Below, piece by piece: positions 38,617-51,970 of a DNA stretch of 64,000 bases. Numbering within the stretch: position 1 is the stretch's first letter; each line of letters starts with the position of its first letter. A program made the position numbers and the translations under genes. The stretch lies in NCBI RefSeq assembly GCF_044324875.1, contig NZ_CP172185.1, one strand, 5' to 3'. The stretch comes from Escherichia coli (GTDB taxonomy: Bacteria > Pseudomonadota > Gammaproteobacteria > Enterobacterales > Enterobacteriaceae). The notes below the pieces were generated by a model that was not told the DNA's origin, did no database searches, and was given only the letters and a program-made list of their open reading frames with translations.

Positions 38617-40677
38617 ATGAGCAAGGCAGGCAAAATAACCGCTGCGATTTCAGGGGCTTTCTTGTTGTTGATTGTCGTGGCGATCATTTTGATTGCAACT
38701 TTTGACTGGAATCGACTCAAACCGACCATCAACCAGAAAGTCTCTGCGGAGTTGAATCGTCCGTTCGCTATCCGTGGCGATCTGGGCGTGGTGTGGGAGC
38801 GGCAAAAGCAAGAAACTGGCTGGCGCAGCTGGGTGCCGTGGCCTCATGTGCATGCAGAAGACATCATTCTCGGCAATCCACCGGATATTCCCGAAGTCAC
38901 AATGGTGCATTTGCCACGCGTAGAGGCAACGCTGGCACCGTTGGCGCTGCTGACCAAAACGGTCTGGCTACCGTGGATCAAACTGGAAAAGCCCGACGCA
39001 CGCCTGATTCGCCTCTCAGAAAAGAACAACAACTGGACATTTAATCTCGCCAGCGATGACAACAAAGACGCGAATGCAAAGCCGTCGGCATGGTCGTTTC
39101 GGCTGGATAATATTCTTTTCGATCAAGGGCGGATCGCCATTGATGACAAAGTAAGCAAAGCGGATCTGGAAATTTTTGTCGATCCGTTAGGCAAGCCGCT
39201 GCCGTTCAGCGAAGTTACTGGATCGAAAGGTAAAGCGGATAAAGAAAAGGTGGGTGATTACGTTTTTGGCCTGAAGGCGCATGGACGTTATAACGGTGAA
39301 CCGCTCACTGGTACGGGAAAAATAGGCGGTATGCTGGCGCTGCGTGGCGAAGGTACACCATTTCCGGTACAGGCTGATTTTCGCTCTGGTAACACCCGTG
39401 TTGCTTTTGATGGCGTTGTGAATGACCCAATGAAGATGGGTGGTGTCGATTTACGGCTTAAATTTTCTGGCGATTCACTGGGTGATCTCTATGAACTGAC
39501 GGGCGTTCTGCTGCCCGATACCCCGCCGTTTGAAACGGATGGTCGGCTGGTAGCGAAAATCGACACTGAAAAATCGTCGGTCTTTGATTATCGCGGTTTT
39601 AATGGGCGCATTGGCGATAGCGATATCCACGGTTCTCTGGTCTATACCACCGGCAAGCCACGGCCAAAACTGGAAGGTGATGTCGAGTCGCGGCAATTGC
39701 GGCTGGGGGACTTGGGACCGTTGATTGGCGTTGATTCCGGGAAAGGAGCTGAAAAGTCGAAACGGTCTGAACAGAAGAAGGGTGAAAAAAGCGTTCAGCC
39801 TGCGGGCAAAGTGCTGCCTTATGACCGCTTCGAAACCGATAAATGGGACGTCATGGATGCCGATGTTCGCTTCAAAGGGCGGCGCATTGAGCATGGCAGT
39901 AGCCTGCCGATTAGCGATCTTTCTACTCATATCATCCTCAAAAATGCTGACCTGCGCCTGCAACCGCTGAAATTTGGCATGGCGGGCGGCAGCATTGCGG
40001 CGAATATTCATCTGGAAGGTGATAAAAAACCGATGCAAGGGCGGGCAGATATTCAGGCTCGTCGGCTGAAACTGAAAGAACTGATGCCCGATGTAGAACT
40101 GATGCAGAAGACGCTGGGGGAAATGAACGGTGACGCGGAACTACGCGGTAGCGGTAACTCGGTGGCGGCGCTTTTAGGCAACAGTAACGGCAACCTGAAA
40201 CTGTTGATGAATGACGGGCTGGTGAGCCGCAACCTGATGGAGATTGTCGGGCTGAATGTCGGTAACTACATTGTCGGTGCGATATTTGGTGACGATGAGG
40301 TGCGGGTGAACTGCGCGGCGGCGAATCTTGATATTGCCAACGGCGTGGCGCGCCCGCAGATCTTTGCTTTCGATACTGAGAATGCGTTGATCAATGTTAC
40401 CGGCACGGCAAGTTTTGCTTCGGAGCAACTGGATTTGACTATTGATCCGGAGAGTAAAGGGATTCGGATTATCACGCTGCGTTCGCCGCTGTATGTGCGT
40501 GGGACATTTAAAAATCCGCAGGCTGGGGTGAAAGCCGGGCCGTTGATTGCCCGAGGAGCCGTTGCGGCGGCACTGGCAACGCTGGTTACGCCAGCGGCGG
40601 CGTTACTGGCGCTGATCTCACCTTCCGAAGGGGAGGCTAATCAGTGCCGGACGATTTTGTCGCAGATGAAGAAGTGA
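38617..40677 (+). CDS. yhjG: AsmA-family protein YhjG
   Basis: N-terminal TM anchor then large periplasmic AsmA-like domain; start taken at MSKAGKI... Confidence 0.85.
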   Translation: MSKAGKITAAISGAFLLLIVVAIILIATFDWNRLKPTINQKVSAELNRPFAIRGDLGVVWERQKQETGWRSWVPWPHVHAEDIILGNPPDIPEVTMVHLPRVEATLAPLALLTKTVWLPWIKLEKPDARLIRLSEKNNNWTFNLASDDNKDANAKPSAWSFRLDNILFDQGRIAIDDKVSKADLEIFVDPLGKPLPFSEVTGSKGKADKEKVGDYVFGLKAHGRYNGEPLTGTGKIGGMLALRGEGTPFPVQADFRSGNTRVAFDGVVNDPMKMGGVDLRLKFSGDSLGDLYELTGVLLPDTPPFETDGRLVAKIDTEKSSVFDYRGFNGRIGDSDIHGSLVYTTGKPRPKLEGDVESRQLRLGDLGPLIGVDSGKGAEKSKRSEQKKGEKSVQPAGKVLPYDRFETDKWDVMDADVRFKGRRIEHGSSLPISDLSTHIILKNADLRLQPLKFGMAGGSIAANIHLEGDKKPMQGRADIQARRLKLKELMPDVELMQKTLGEMNGDAELRGSGNSVAALLGNSNGNLKLLMNDGLVSRNLMEIVGLNVGNYIVGAIFGDDEVRVNCAAANLDIANGVARPQIFAFDTENALINVTGTASFASEQLDLTIDPESKGIRIITLRSPLYVRGTFKNPQAGVKAGPLIARGAVAAALATLVTPAAALLALISPSEGEANQCRTILSQMKK

Positions 40678-40749
40678 TGATAATTGCCGGATGTCTGACA
40701 TCCGGCAATTAAACAGATTTAGAGTGTTGGCAAAGTGTGCTTTGTTCAT

Positions 40750-40785
40750 GCCGGATGCGGCGTGAACGCCTTATCCGTCCTACAA
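40750..40785. repeat. REP element
   Basis: GCCGGATGCGGCGTGAACGCCTTATCCGTCCTAC, canonical REP-type palindromic unit, downstream of the yhjG terminator hairpin ATTGCCGGATGTCTGACATCCGGCAAT. Confidence 0.6.
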
Positions 40786-40858
40786 ATCTTTGCGAATTCA
40801 ATATATTGTATGGAAATTCAGGCCTGATAAGCGTAGCGCATCAGGCTTTTCACTCTTA

Positions 40859-42181
40859 TTACAACGATTGATGTCGCGTCTCATGGGTCAGCAGCAGGGC
40901 GATTAACGTCAAGCCAGCCATCGCCGCCAGATATAACCCCACCGCACCTAACCCGTAGTTAGTCTGCAACCAGGCTGCGATATACGGCGCAACGGAAGCC
41001 CCGAGAATCGACGCTACGTTGTAAGAGAACGATGCTCCGGTGTAACGCACTTCTGTCGGGAACAGCTCTGGTAACAGCGCGCCCATCGGCCCGAAGGTCA
41101 GTCCCATCAGACTTAATCCCAGCAGCAGGAAGGCAAAAACCAGAATCGGGTTGCCAGAACCGAGTAGCGGGTTAAAGGCGAACAGCGCGAACAGGATGAT
41201 CAGCGTGGTGATGATTACCATGCTTTTACGGCGACCAAAGGCATCAGCCAGTAATCCGGCGACTGGTACCATCACGCCAAAACCAATCACTGCCATCATC
41301 AGCATCCACAACACTTCGTTACGCGGCAGGCCAAGCCCAACTGGCGCGGCGGCGGTACTAAAGGTCATAGAGTAGACCGTCATGATGTAAAACAGCGTAT
41401 AGGTTGCCAGCATGATGAAGGTACCGAGCACCGTGACGCGTACGTGTTTGGTCAGCAGCGTACCCAGCGGGATCTTCACCTGCTTTTTCGCTTTAGCGAC
41501 TTTCTCAAACACCGGCGACTCATGCAGCGACACGCGAACATACAGGCCGATAATGACCAGCACCGCCGAGAAGATAAACGGCACACGCCAGCCCCAGCTC
41601 ATAAACTGCTCGTCGGTCAGTAGCCAGGAAAGCAGCAAGAAAGTGCCGTTGGCAAAGAAGAAGCCAATCGGTGCGCCCAGCTGCGGGAAGGAGCCATACA
41701 GTGCACGTTTGCGCGGTGGGGCGTTTTCAGTCGCCAGCAGCGCCGCGCCGCCCCATTCACCGCCTAAGCCCAGACCCTGACCAAATCGAGCCAGCGCCAG
41801 CAGCAGCGGGGCGAAAATACCAATCGTGGCATAGCCCGGCAGCAGACCAATCACCACGGTCGAAATCCCCATCGTTAGCAACGAGGCGACCAGCGTCGCT
41901 TTACGCCCAACGCGATCGCCAAAATGACCAAAAACGGCAGAGCCAATGGGGCGCGCGACGAAGGCGATGGCGAAGGTGGCGAGCGACTGGAGCGTTGCTG
42001 CCGTAGGATCGCCCTGCGGGAAGAAGATATGCGGAAACACAATAACGGCCGCAGTGGCGTAAATGTAAAAGTCGAAGAACTCAATGGCCGTGCCAATGAG
42101 AGAGGCGACAAGGACTTTATTACGCGAGTTGATCGGCGTGTATTCTTGCTCGTGGTCGAGTGTTGTGGCTGTTGCTTGCAT
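40859..42181 (-). CDS. yhjE: MFS metabolite:H+ symporter YhjE
   Basis: 440-aa multi-TM ORF. Confidence 0.9.
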   Translation of the reverse strand: MQATATTLDHEQEYTPINSRNKVLVASLIGTAIEFFDFYIYATAAVIVFPHIFFPQGDPTAATLQSLATFAIAFVARPIGSAVFGHFGDRVGRKATLVASLLTMGISTVVIGLLPGYATIGIFAPLLLALARFGQGLGLGGEWGGAALLATENAPPRKRALYGSFPQLGAPIGFFFANGTFLLLSWLLTDEQFMSWGWRVPFIFSAVLVIIGLYVRVSLHESPVFEKVAKAKKQVKIPLGTLLTKHVRVTVLGTFIMLATYTLFYIMTVYSMTFSTAAAPVGLGLPRNEVLWMLMMAVIGFGVMVPVAGLLADAFGRRKSMVIITTLIILFALFAFNPLLGSGNPILVFAFLLLGLSLMGLTFGPMGALLPELFPTEVRYTGASFSYNVASILGASVAPYIAAWLQTNYGLGAVGLYLAAMAGLTLIALLLTHETRHQSL

Positions 42182-42572
42182 AATCTTTTCTTATTTTTTG
42201 GCTAACGAATAGCCATATTACGCACAGCAAAAGTGATATTTCAATGTGTAACAAATCGCGGAAATGGTCAAAAACCAGGCAAAAAGGGGATAATGTTTAG
42301 GCCAGTGATTTTTCTTCTATGAAATGCTTCACATAATTTTATAAATAGTGGATAAAACTGGTTTCAGGTTAAATAAAAGTTACCAACTGGATTTATATGC
42401 TGGGGTTATGAGTTGGTATGAAATTGTTTGCTCCTGAAGAGATGTAGTTTCAGGTGGTTATGTGCATGTCGTTGCCTGGTCTCTGGCTGGCTTGTACCCC
42501 CTCACCCTAATCCTCTCCCCGAAGGGGCGAGGGGATCGACCGTGCGTTTATCAGGCATTATAAACCAATGAA

Positions 42573-43586
42573 TTACCGCTGCGTTTTCCCCGGCATTCGC
42601 GGGTCGTCTTTATATTCGGCGGTGGCAATCCACGCCGCGCAAAACAGCGTCAAACGGGCGAAGAAGTAGAAAAACGCCATCAGCCCCAGCACGGAACCAA
42701 ATGCTGCGCCAGAGGGGGATTTCATCAGCGATGGCAGGGTGTAGGTCATCACGATTTTAATCACTTCAAAACCAATCGCAGCCAGAAATGTTCCGCGAAT
42801 CAGGGCTTTTTTGCGCGGACGGTGGCGCGGCAAGCGCCAGAAGATCCAGAAGAAAAGCAGATAGTTGGCGAAGATGGAAATCGCCAGGCCAATCAACCGC
42901 CACGTCGGTTTCAGCCACTCAATGCTGTTCAGGTGCAGGGCGCTAATAATCATTTGCTGCGCCGAACCGGCAACCGAGGTGATCGAAAGCGTCACAATCA
43001 GTGCAATCAACAAACCAATCAGTGAAATAAAATCACGCAGATATTTTACCCAGAACTTCTCCTGATCTTGCGGCGAGCGTTCCCAGACATCGCGTGACTG
43101 GGCGCGAATCGCTTCACGCAGGTTACCCATCCAGTTGATGCCGGAATAAAGCGCCACCGCCAGGCCGACAAGCCCTACGGTAGTACGCTGCTGAACGGCG
43201 GTGTTGATGGTGTTTTTCAACGTGGCGGCTAGCGTCGGATCGCTGATGTTTTGCAGAATTTTGTCGAAGATATCCTGTAGCAACATCGGATGGGAGGCCA
43301 GCACAAAGCCCCCTGCGGCAAACGACACCATCAAAATCGGGATCATCGACAAAAATGAGAAATAGGTGATAGCCGCGCCAAACTGGTTACCCAGCCGATC
43401 GTTAAAGCGCTCTGTTGCGCGAATCAGGTGCGCAATAACCGGTTGGCGTTGGACTTTCTCGGCAGTAGTGGTGACGGTTTCCAGCGCCTGGCTAACTTTG
43501 CCGCCTTTCTCGCTATTATCCAACTGCTTAATCGGCTCGTGCTCCAGATCCTGGGTGGGACGTTTGATCTCGTTTTCCTGCGTCAT
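42573..43586 (-). CDS. yhjD: inner membrane protein YhjD (YihY/virulence factor BrkB family)
   Basis: 337-aa multi-TM ORF. Confidence 0.85.
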   Translation of the reverse strand: MTQENEIKRPTQDLEHEPIKQLDNSEKGGKVSQALETVTTTAEKVQRQPVIAHLIRATERFNDRLGNQFGAAITYFSFLSMIPILMVSFAAGGFVLASHPMLLQDIFDKILQNISDPTLAATLKNTINTAVQQRTTVGLVGLAVALYSGINWMGNLREAIRAQSRDVWERSPQDQEKFWVKYLRDFISLIGLLIALIVTLSITSVAGSAQQMIISALHLNSIEWLKPTWRLIGLAISIFANYLLFFWIFWRLPRHRPRKKALIRGTFLAAIGFEVIKIVMTYTLPSLMKSPSGAAFGSVLGLMAFFYFFARLTLFCAAWIATAEYKDDPRMPGKTQR

Positions 43587-43634
43587 CCGCTCTTTTGTCC
43601 TTCTGTCGTGGTCATTCTTAAAAAGTATAGTCGG

Positions 43635-44534
43635 TCAGTCCAGGTACTCTTTCATTACGCCAGCCAGCCACTGCATAAACAGGTTTACACGCCGGGAAAG
43701 CTCCCGACGCTGCGGATAAATCAGCGAAAGGGAGAGCGGCTCGGCACGGTAGCCAGGTAATACTTCAATAAGCCTCCCGGCACGCAGGGCTTCGCGCACG
43801 GCAATGCGCGGGATCTGAATAATCCCCAGACCGGCAAGACCGGCGGCGAGATAGTTTTCGCGACTGTTTACCGTCAACATGCCGCCAGACTTAAACCACT
43901 GGACGCCATTAACGCTGGCAACCTCAAAACCTAACGGATGTACACCCAGGTGCGGTGTGTAGCGCACTATTGCGTGCGAAGTCAGATCGTCGGGGCTTTG
44001 CGGATAACCAAAGCGCGTCAGATAGTGTGGACTGGCACAATTGACCACGGTCAGTTTGCCGAGGGGACGGGCGATAACGCCATCTTCCGGTGACGCGCCA
44101 GTGCGTATCACGCAATCAAAACCATCGTGAAGAATATCTACCGGACGGTCATGGCTACTCAGCTCCAGCTCAATTCCCGGATGCAGATAGAGAAATTCCG
44201 ACAGACGCGGCAGTAACAGGCTTTTCGCGATTCCTGGCGGGATGTCGATGCGTAATTTACCGCTGATACTGGTGGCATCCTGTTGAAACAGACCGTCCAG
44301 TTCGTTGAGATTACTCAACACATCTTTTGCCCGTTGATAATAGGTCATGCCTTCTGGCGTGAGTTTGACCCGCCGCGTGGTGCGCTGGAGAAGCTGGGTG
44401 CCAAGTTGATGTTCCAGTGCCTGTATCTGGCGCGAAACACTTCCCTTTGGCAAAGCAAAGAAATCCGCCGCGCGGGAAAAACTTTCCAGCTCCGCGACTT
44501 TGATGAACAACTGCATTGCGTGAATTTTATCCAT
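43635..44534 (-). CDS. yhjC: LysR-family transcriptional regulator YhjC
   Basis: MDKIHAMQLFIKVAELESFSRAADFF... helix-turn-helix; start taken at an internal Met of the track ORF. Confidence 0.85.
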   Translation of the reverse strand: MDKIHAMQLFIKVAELESFSRAADFFALPKGSVSRQIQALEHQLGTQLLQRTTRRVKLTPEGMTYYQRAKDVLSNLNELDGLFQQDATSISGKLRIDIPPGIAKSLLLPRLSEFLYLHPGIELELSSHDRPVDILHDGFDCVIRTGASPEDGVIARPLGKLTVVNCASPHYLTRFGYPQSPDDLTSHAIVRYTPHLGVHPLGFEVASVNGVQWFKSGGMLTVNSRENYLAAGLAGLGIIQIPRIAVREALRAGRLIEVLPGYRAEPLSLSLIYPQRRELSRRVNLFMQWLAGVMKEYLD

Positions 44535-45054
44535 TTCTTTGACCGATTGTTGTTCACAGCGAAACAGTAACGCGCATATCGCATTGTTTATTGTTTTTTC
44601 TAACATCTAATGCCGGGTTTCACAATGTTGTCATGACGAATGTGGCGATTTCTCAGCAGGAAAAGGGCGGAATAGCTTTATGAGAAAGGTGAATTTCCCT
44701 AAACAGAGCGTTTTTTTTCAGCGATTCCCTTTAAAGTGAACAGAGGACGTGTTGGCTATTTGTGCTTATTTTTGTCTCATTGCCATTTGTTATTTTTGCT
44801 TGTGGTCGCGGAATTTCATTTTTAATTGCATGCGTACTAACCATCAATATAAGGAAATCCTCAAAATTGTTTTAAATAGTGCCCTCGACATGTAATTTCA
44901 GGCGTTTAGCTGTAACGATTTATATCGGCAACTATTTTCTACGCGTCATCTCTGTAGAATGGCCACCGCCAAATGGCGAATTCTTATTTTTTCTCGCGGG
45001 TAATACCCTTCCACTACTTAAGTCTTTTTAACGTATTCAGGTGGAGATTCAGTT

Positions 45055-45657
45055 ATGCAAATAGTCATGTTTGACAGGCAGTCAATATTTATTCATGGAA
45101 TGAAAATCAGTTTACAGCAACGTATTCCAGGAGTGAGTATTCAGGGGGCCAGTCAGGCAGATGAGTTATGGCAAAAGCTGGAAAGTTACCCTGAAGCCTT
45201 AGTGATGCTCGATGGCGATCAGGATGGTGAGTTTTGTTACTGGTTGCTGCAAAAAACCGTGGTGCAATTTCCTGAGGTTAAGGTGTTAATTACGGCGACG
45301 GATTGCAATAAACGGTGGTTACAGGAAGTTATCCATTTTAATGTGCTGGCCATTGTGCCTCGTGATTCAACCGTCGAGACATTTGCGTTGGCGGTAAATA
45401 GTGCGGCGATGGGGATGATGTTTCTGCCTGGAGACTGGCGGACGACGCCGGAAAAGGACATTAAAGATCTCAAATCGTTAAGCGCCCGCCAGCGGGAGAT
45501 TTTAACCATGTTAGCGGCGGGCGAATCAAATAAGGAGATCGGCAGGGCGCTGAATATCAGTACCGGAACGGTAAAAGCGCATCTGGAATCCCTGTATCGC
45601 CGTCTGGAAGTGAAAAATCGCACCCAGGCGGCAATGATGTTAAATATCTCCTCCTGA
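45055..45657 (+). CDS. yhjB: LuxR/FixJ-family response-regulator-like protein YhjB
   Basis: 200-aa ORF with C-terminal LuxR helix-turn-helix (REILTMLAAGESNKEIGRALNISTGTVKAH). Confidence 0.85.
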   Translation: MQIVMFDRQSIFIHGMKISLQQRIPGVSIQGASQADELWQKLESYPEALVMLDGDQDGEFCYWLLQKTVVQFPEVKVLITATDCNKRWLQEVIHFNVLAIVPRDSTVETFALAVNSAAMGMMFLPGDWRTTPEKDIKDLKSLSARQREILTMLAAGESNKEIGRALNISTGTVKAHLESLYRRLEVKNRTQAAMMLNISS

Positions 45658-45707
45658 AGAGGATAATTTTACAGCCAGCAGGAAGTTAGCGGCTGGCTGT
45701 AAAAATA

Positions 45708-47387
<1,680 letters not shown>

Positions 47388-47761
47388 TTATCGGGCTTTT
47401 CTTTAAGGGTAGTCATTCGCTCCGCCTGGTGGGCGACAAAGCGTGCGGTGGATCACGTTTATTAACCTGTCAAAAAATATAACGCACTAATATCCATGGA
47501 ATTTATAAAAATACAGATTTCGTGTTGTTTTTCATTTTCAGAACATTCAATCCTGCTCTCGCCGCAATCATGATATGCCATTCCTGATCTGGATAATAGG
47601 CATAGGCTATCTTATTGATAGTTTATATTCATGTAATTGATTGATTCCTATCAAAAAGCGTATCTCCCTGTTTTTTATGATGGCTTTGTCTCGCAGAGAC
47701 GTTTGCAGCATTCTGGAAAATTTTCTGGGTCACAATAACTCACCACCGTGAGGGAAGAATA

Positions 47762-49159
47762 ATGAAAATGGTCTCACGTATTACCGCGATCGGCCTGGCT
47801 GGCGTCGCGATTTGCTATTTAGGGTTATCTGGTTATGTGTGGTACCACGATAATAAACGCAGTAAACAGGCCGATGTTCAGGCATCTGCTGTCAGTGAAA
47901 ATAATCAGGTTTTAGGCTTTCTCCGCGAAAAAGGATGCGACTATTGCCACACGCCTTCGGCAGAATTACCCGCCTATTATTATATTCCTGGCGCGAAACA
48001 GTTGATGGATTACGACATTAAGCTTGGATATAAATCTTTTAACCTCGAGGCCGTGCGTGCGGCTCTGCTGGCTGATAAACCCGTTTCGCAAAGCGATCTG
48101 AATAAGATTGAATGGGTGATGCAGTATGAAACCATGCCACCAACGCGTTATACCGCGCTACACTGGGCGGGTAAGGTGAGTGATGAAGAGCGGGCGGAAA
48201 TACTCGCCTGGATTGCAAAACAGCGCGCGGAATATTACGCCAGCAATGACATTGCTCCGGAGCATCGCAATGAACCGGTGCAGCCCATCCCGCAAAAACT
48301 GCCTACCGATGCGCAAAAAGTGGCGTTGGGCTTTGCGCTGTATCACGATCCCCGTTTATCGGCGGATAGCACCATTTCATGCGCTCATTGCCATGCGTTG
48401 AATGCGGGGGGCGTCGATGGCAGAAAAACATCGATTGGTGTTGGTGGCGCAGTGGGGCCGATTAACGCGCCGACGGTATTTAACTCAGTATTTAACGTTG
48501 AGCAGTTCTGGGATGGTCGTGCGGCAACATTGCAGGATCAGGCTGGTGGACCGCCGTTGAATCCGATTGAAATGGCGTCGAAATCCTGGGACGAAATTAT
48601 TGCTAAGCTGGAAAAAGATCCGCAGCTTAAAGCGCAGTTCCTTGAAGTCTATCCGCAAGGTTTCAGTGGCGAAAATATTACTGATGCCATTGCTGAATTT
48701 GAGAAAACATTAATTACGCCGGATTCCCCATTTGATAAATGGTTGCGTGGAGATGAGAATGCGCTGACGGCACAACAGAAAAAAGGCTATCAATTATTCA
48801 AAGATAATAAATGTGCAACTTGTCATGGTGGTATTATTCTCGGCGGACGTTCCTTCGAACCGTTGGGGCTGAAAAAAGACTTTAACTTTGGTGAAATTAC
48901 GGCGGCGGATATTGGTCGTATGAATGTTACTAAAGAAGAGCGCGATAAATTGCGTCAGAAAGTACCCGGTTTACGTAACGTTGCACTAACGGCACCGTAC
49001 TTCCATCGCGGTGATGTGCCGACGCTGGACGGGGCGGTGAAACTGATGTTGCGCTATCAGGTAGGCAAAGAGCTGCCGCAGGAGGATGTGGATGATATCG
49101 TAGCTTTCCTGCACAGTCTGAACGGGGTTTACACGCCGTATATGCAGGATAAACAATAA
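47762..49159 (+). CDS. ccp: cytochrome c peroxidase Ccp (YhjA)
   Basis: 465-aa ORF with CxxCH haem-binding motifs (CDYCH, CAHCH, CATCH). Confidence 0.9.
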   Translation: MKMVSRITAIGLAGVAICYLGLSGYVWYHDNKRSKQADVQASAVSENNQVLGFLREKGCDYCHTPSAELPAYYYIPGAKQLMDYDIKLGYKSFNLEAVRAALLADKPVSQSDLNKIEWVMQYETMPPTRYTALHWAGKVSDEERAEILAWIAKQRAEYYASNDIAPEHRNEPVQPIPQKLPTDAQKVALGFALYHDPRLSADSTISCAHCHALNAGGVDGRKTSIGVGGAVGPINAPTVFNSVFNVEQFWDGRAATLQDQAGGPPLNPIEMASKSWDEIIAKLEKDPQLKAQFLEVYPQGFSGENITDAIAEFEKTLITPDSPFDKWLRGDENALTAQQKKGYQLFKDNKCATCHGGIILGGRSFEPLGLKKDFNFGEITAADIGRMNVTKEERDKLRQKVPGLRNVALTAPYFHRGDVPTLDGAVKLMLRYQVGKELPQEDVDDIVAFLHSLNGVYTPYMQDKQ

Positions 49160-49270
49160 TTAATTTAATCGCCCGAACAGGAATGTTCGGGTGATTTTTA
49201 TTGCGATAATAAAGTCTGTTTTTAATATTATCATGTTAAATGTTTATATTATAAAAAGTCGTTTTTCTGC

Positions 49271-49290
49271 TTAGGATTTTGTTATTTAAA
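49271..49290 (+). promoter_or_regulatory. GAD box (GadX/GadW/GadE binding site) upstream of gadA
   Basis: TTAGGATTTTGTTATTTAAA about 80 bp upstream of the gadA ATG. Confidence 0.6.
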
Positions 49291-49369
49291 TTAAGCCCGT
49301 AATGCCTTGCTTCCATTGCGGATAAATCCTACTTTTTTATTGCCTTCAAATAAATTTAAGGAGTTCGAA

Positions 49370-50770
49370 ATGGACCAGAAGCTGTTAACGGATTTCCGCT
49401 CAGAACTACTCGATTCACGTTTTGGCGCAAAGGCCATTTCTACTATCGCGGAGTCAAAACGATTTCCGCTGCATGAAATGCGCGATGATGTCGCATTCCA
49501 GATTATCAATGATGAATTATATCTTGATGGCAACGCTCGTCAGAACCTGGCCACTTTTTGCCAGACCTGGGACGACGAAAACGTCCATAAATTGATGGAT
49601 TTGTCGATCAATAAAAACTGGATCGACAAAGAAGAATATCCGCAATCTGCAGCCATCGACCTGCGTTGCGTAAACATGGTTGCCGATCTGTGGCATGCGC
49701 CTGCGCCGAAAAATGGTCAGGCCGTTGGCACCAACACCATTGGTTCTTCCGAGGCCTGTATGCTCGGCGGGATGGCGATGAAATGGCGTTGGCGCAAGCG
49801 TATGGAAGCCGCAGGTAAGCCGACCAACAAACCAAACCTGGTGTGCGGTCCGGTACAAATCTGCTGGCATAAATTTGCCCGCTACTGGGATGTGGAGCTG
49901 CGTGAGATCCCTATGCGCCCCGGTCAGTTGTTTATGGACCCGAAACGCATGATTGAAGCCTGCGACGAAAACACCATCGGCGTGGTGCCGACTTTTGGCG
50001 TGACCTACACCGGTAACTATGAGTTCCCGCAGCCGCTGCACGATGCGCTGGATAAATTCCAGGCCGACACCGGTATCGACATCGACATGCACATCGACGC
50101 TGCCAGCGGTGGCTTCCTGGCACCGTTCGTTGCCCCGGATATCGTCTGGGACTTCCGCCTGCCGCGTGTGAAATCGATCAGTGCTTCAGGCCATAAATTC
50201 GGTCTGGCTCCGCTGGGCTGCGGCTGGGTTATCTGGCGTGATGAAGAAGCGCTGCCGCAGGAACTGGTGTTCAACGTTGACTACCTCGGTGGTCAGATTG
50301 GGACTTTCGCCATCAACTTCTCCCGCCCGGCGGGTCAGGTAATTGCACAGTACTATGAATTCCTGCGCCTCGGTCGTGAAGGCTATACCAAAGTACAGAA
50401 CGCCTCTTACCAGGTTGCCGCTTATCTGGCGGATGAAATCGCCAAACTGGGGCCGTATGAGTTCATCTGTACCGGTCGCCCGGACGAAGGCATCCCGGCG
50501 GTTTGCTTCAAACTGAAAGAGGGTGAAGATCCGGGATACACCCTGTACGACCTCTCTGAACGTCTGCGTCTGCGCGGCTGGCAGGTTCCGGCCTTCACTC
50601 TCGGCGGTGAAGCCACCGACATCGTGGTGATGCGCATTATGTGTCGTCGCGGCTTCGAAATGGACTTTGCTGAACTGTTGCTGGAAGACTACAAAGCCTC
50701 CCTGAAATATCTCAGCGATCACCCGAAACTGCAGGGTATTGCCCAGCAGAACAGCTTTAAACACACCTGA
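49370..50770 (+). CDS. gadA: glutamate decarboxylase alpha GadA
   Basis: [28 protein letters not shown]...; 466 aa; adjacent to gadX. Confidence 0.95.
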   Translation: MDQKLLTDFRSELLDSRFGAKAISTIAESKRFPLHEMRDDVAFQIINDELYLDGNARQNLATFCQTWDDENVHKLMDLSINKNWIDKEEYPQSAAIDLRCVNMVADLWHAPAPKNGQAVGTNTIGSSEACMLGGMAMKWRWRKRMEAAGKPTNKPNLVCGPVQICWHKFARYWDVELREIPMRPGQLFMDPKRMIEACDENTIGVVPTFGVTYTGNYEFPQPLHDALDKFQADTGIDIDMHIDAASGGFLAPFVAPDIVWDFRLPRVKSISASGHKFGLAPLGCGWVIWRDEEALPQELVFNVDYLGGQIGTFAINFSRPAGQVIAQYYEFLRLGREGYTKVQNASYQVAAYLADEIAKLGPYEFICTGRPDEGIPAVCFKLKEGEDPGYTLYDLSERLRLRGWQVPAFTLGGEATDIVVMRIMCRRGFEMDFAELLLEDYKASLKYLSDHPKLQGIAQQNSFKHT

Positions 50771-50789
50771 TAACATAACGTTGTAAAAA

Positions 50790-50833
50790 CCGAATGCCCA
50801 ACCTTTAAAAAACAGTTGGGCATTCGGTTGCTT
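50790..50833 (+). terminator. Rho-independent terminator after gadA
   Basis: CCGAATGCCCAAC...GTTGGGCATTCGG hairpin followed by TTGCTT. Confidence 0.6.
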
Positions 50834-51129
50834 ATTAATCGCAATAATATATTGGCTGTCTATTCATCGTGTTGATAAGATATATGTTATATGAATGTTT
50901 ATTCAGTGTAACGGATATTTTTAATGTCACTACAAGGTATTATTTGCTTGCTATTAATTTCACTGCGTTCTTAAGCACGCCTTTTGTATTATAAATCCAG
51001 TCATCCTGCCCGTAGATTATCATCCTGTTTTCCCGCTTCGTTAAAATTTATTTATCAATCAATTTGACTTAAGAGGGCGGCGTGCTACATTAATAAACAG
51101 TAATATGTTTATGTAATATTAAGTCAACT

Positions 51130-51954
51130 ATGCAACCACTACATGGTAATTGTCTAATTGCGTACGCAAGACATAAATATATTCTCACCATGGTTAATGG
51201 TGAATATCGCTATTTTAATGGCGGTGATCTGGTTTTTGCGGATGCAAGCCAAATTCAAGTGGATAAGTGTGTTGAGAATTTCGTATTAGTTTCAAGAGAC
51301 ACGCTTTCATTATTTCTCCCGATGCTCAAGGAGGAGGCATTAAAACTTCATGCACATAAAAAAGTTCCTGCATTACTCGTTCATCACTGTACCAGAGATA
51401 TTCCTGTTTTTCAGGAAGTTGCGCAACTATCGCAGAATAAGAATCTTCGCTATGCAGAAATGCTACGTAAAAGGGCATTAATCTTTGCGTTGTTATCTGT
51501 TTTTCTTGAGGATACGCAGTTTATACCGTTACTTCTGAACGTGTTGCAACCGAATATGCGAACACGAGTTTGTACGGTCATCAATAATAATATCGCCCAT
51601 GAGTGGACATTAGCCCGAATCGCTAGCGAATTGTTGATGAGTCCAAGCCTGTTAAAGAAAAAATTGCGCGAAGAAGGTACGTCATATTCACAGTTGCTTA
51701 CTGAGTGTAGAATGCAGCGTGCTTTACAACTTATTGTTATATATGGTGTTTCAATTAAGCGAGTTGCAGTATCCTGTGGATATCACAGCGTGTCGTATTT
51801 CATTTACGTTTTTCGAAATTATTATGGGATGACGCCCACAGAGTATCAGGAGCGATCGGCGCAGGAATTACCGAACTGTGGCTCGGCGGCAAGTATGGCT
51901 GCGCAAGGGAATTTTTACGGCACTGACCGTTCTACGGAAGGAATAAGATTATAG
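51130..51954 (+). CDS. gadX: AraC-family acid resistance regulator GadX
   Basis: 274-aa ORF, MQPLHGNCLIAYARHKYILTMVNGEYRYF... Confidence 0.95.
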   Translation: MQPLHGNCLIAYARHKYILTMVNGEYRYFNGGDLVFADASQIQVDKCVENFVLVSRDTLSLFLPMLKEEALKLHAHKKVPALLVHHCTRDIPVFQEVAQLSQNKNLRYAEMLRKRALIFALLSVFLEDTQFIPLLLNVLQPNMRTRVCTVINNNIAHEWTLARIASELLMSPSLLKKKLREEGTSYSQLLTECRMQRALQLIVIYGVSIKRVAVSCGYHSVSYFIYVFRNYYGMTPTEYQERSAQELPNCGSAASMAAQGNFYGTDRSTEGIRL

Positions 51955-51970
51955 AGTTTTACTCAGACAT

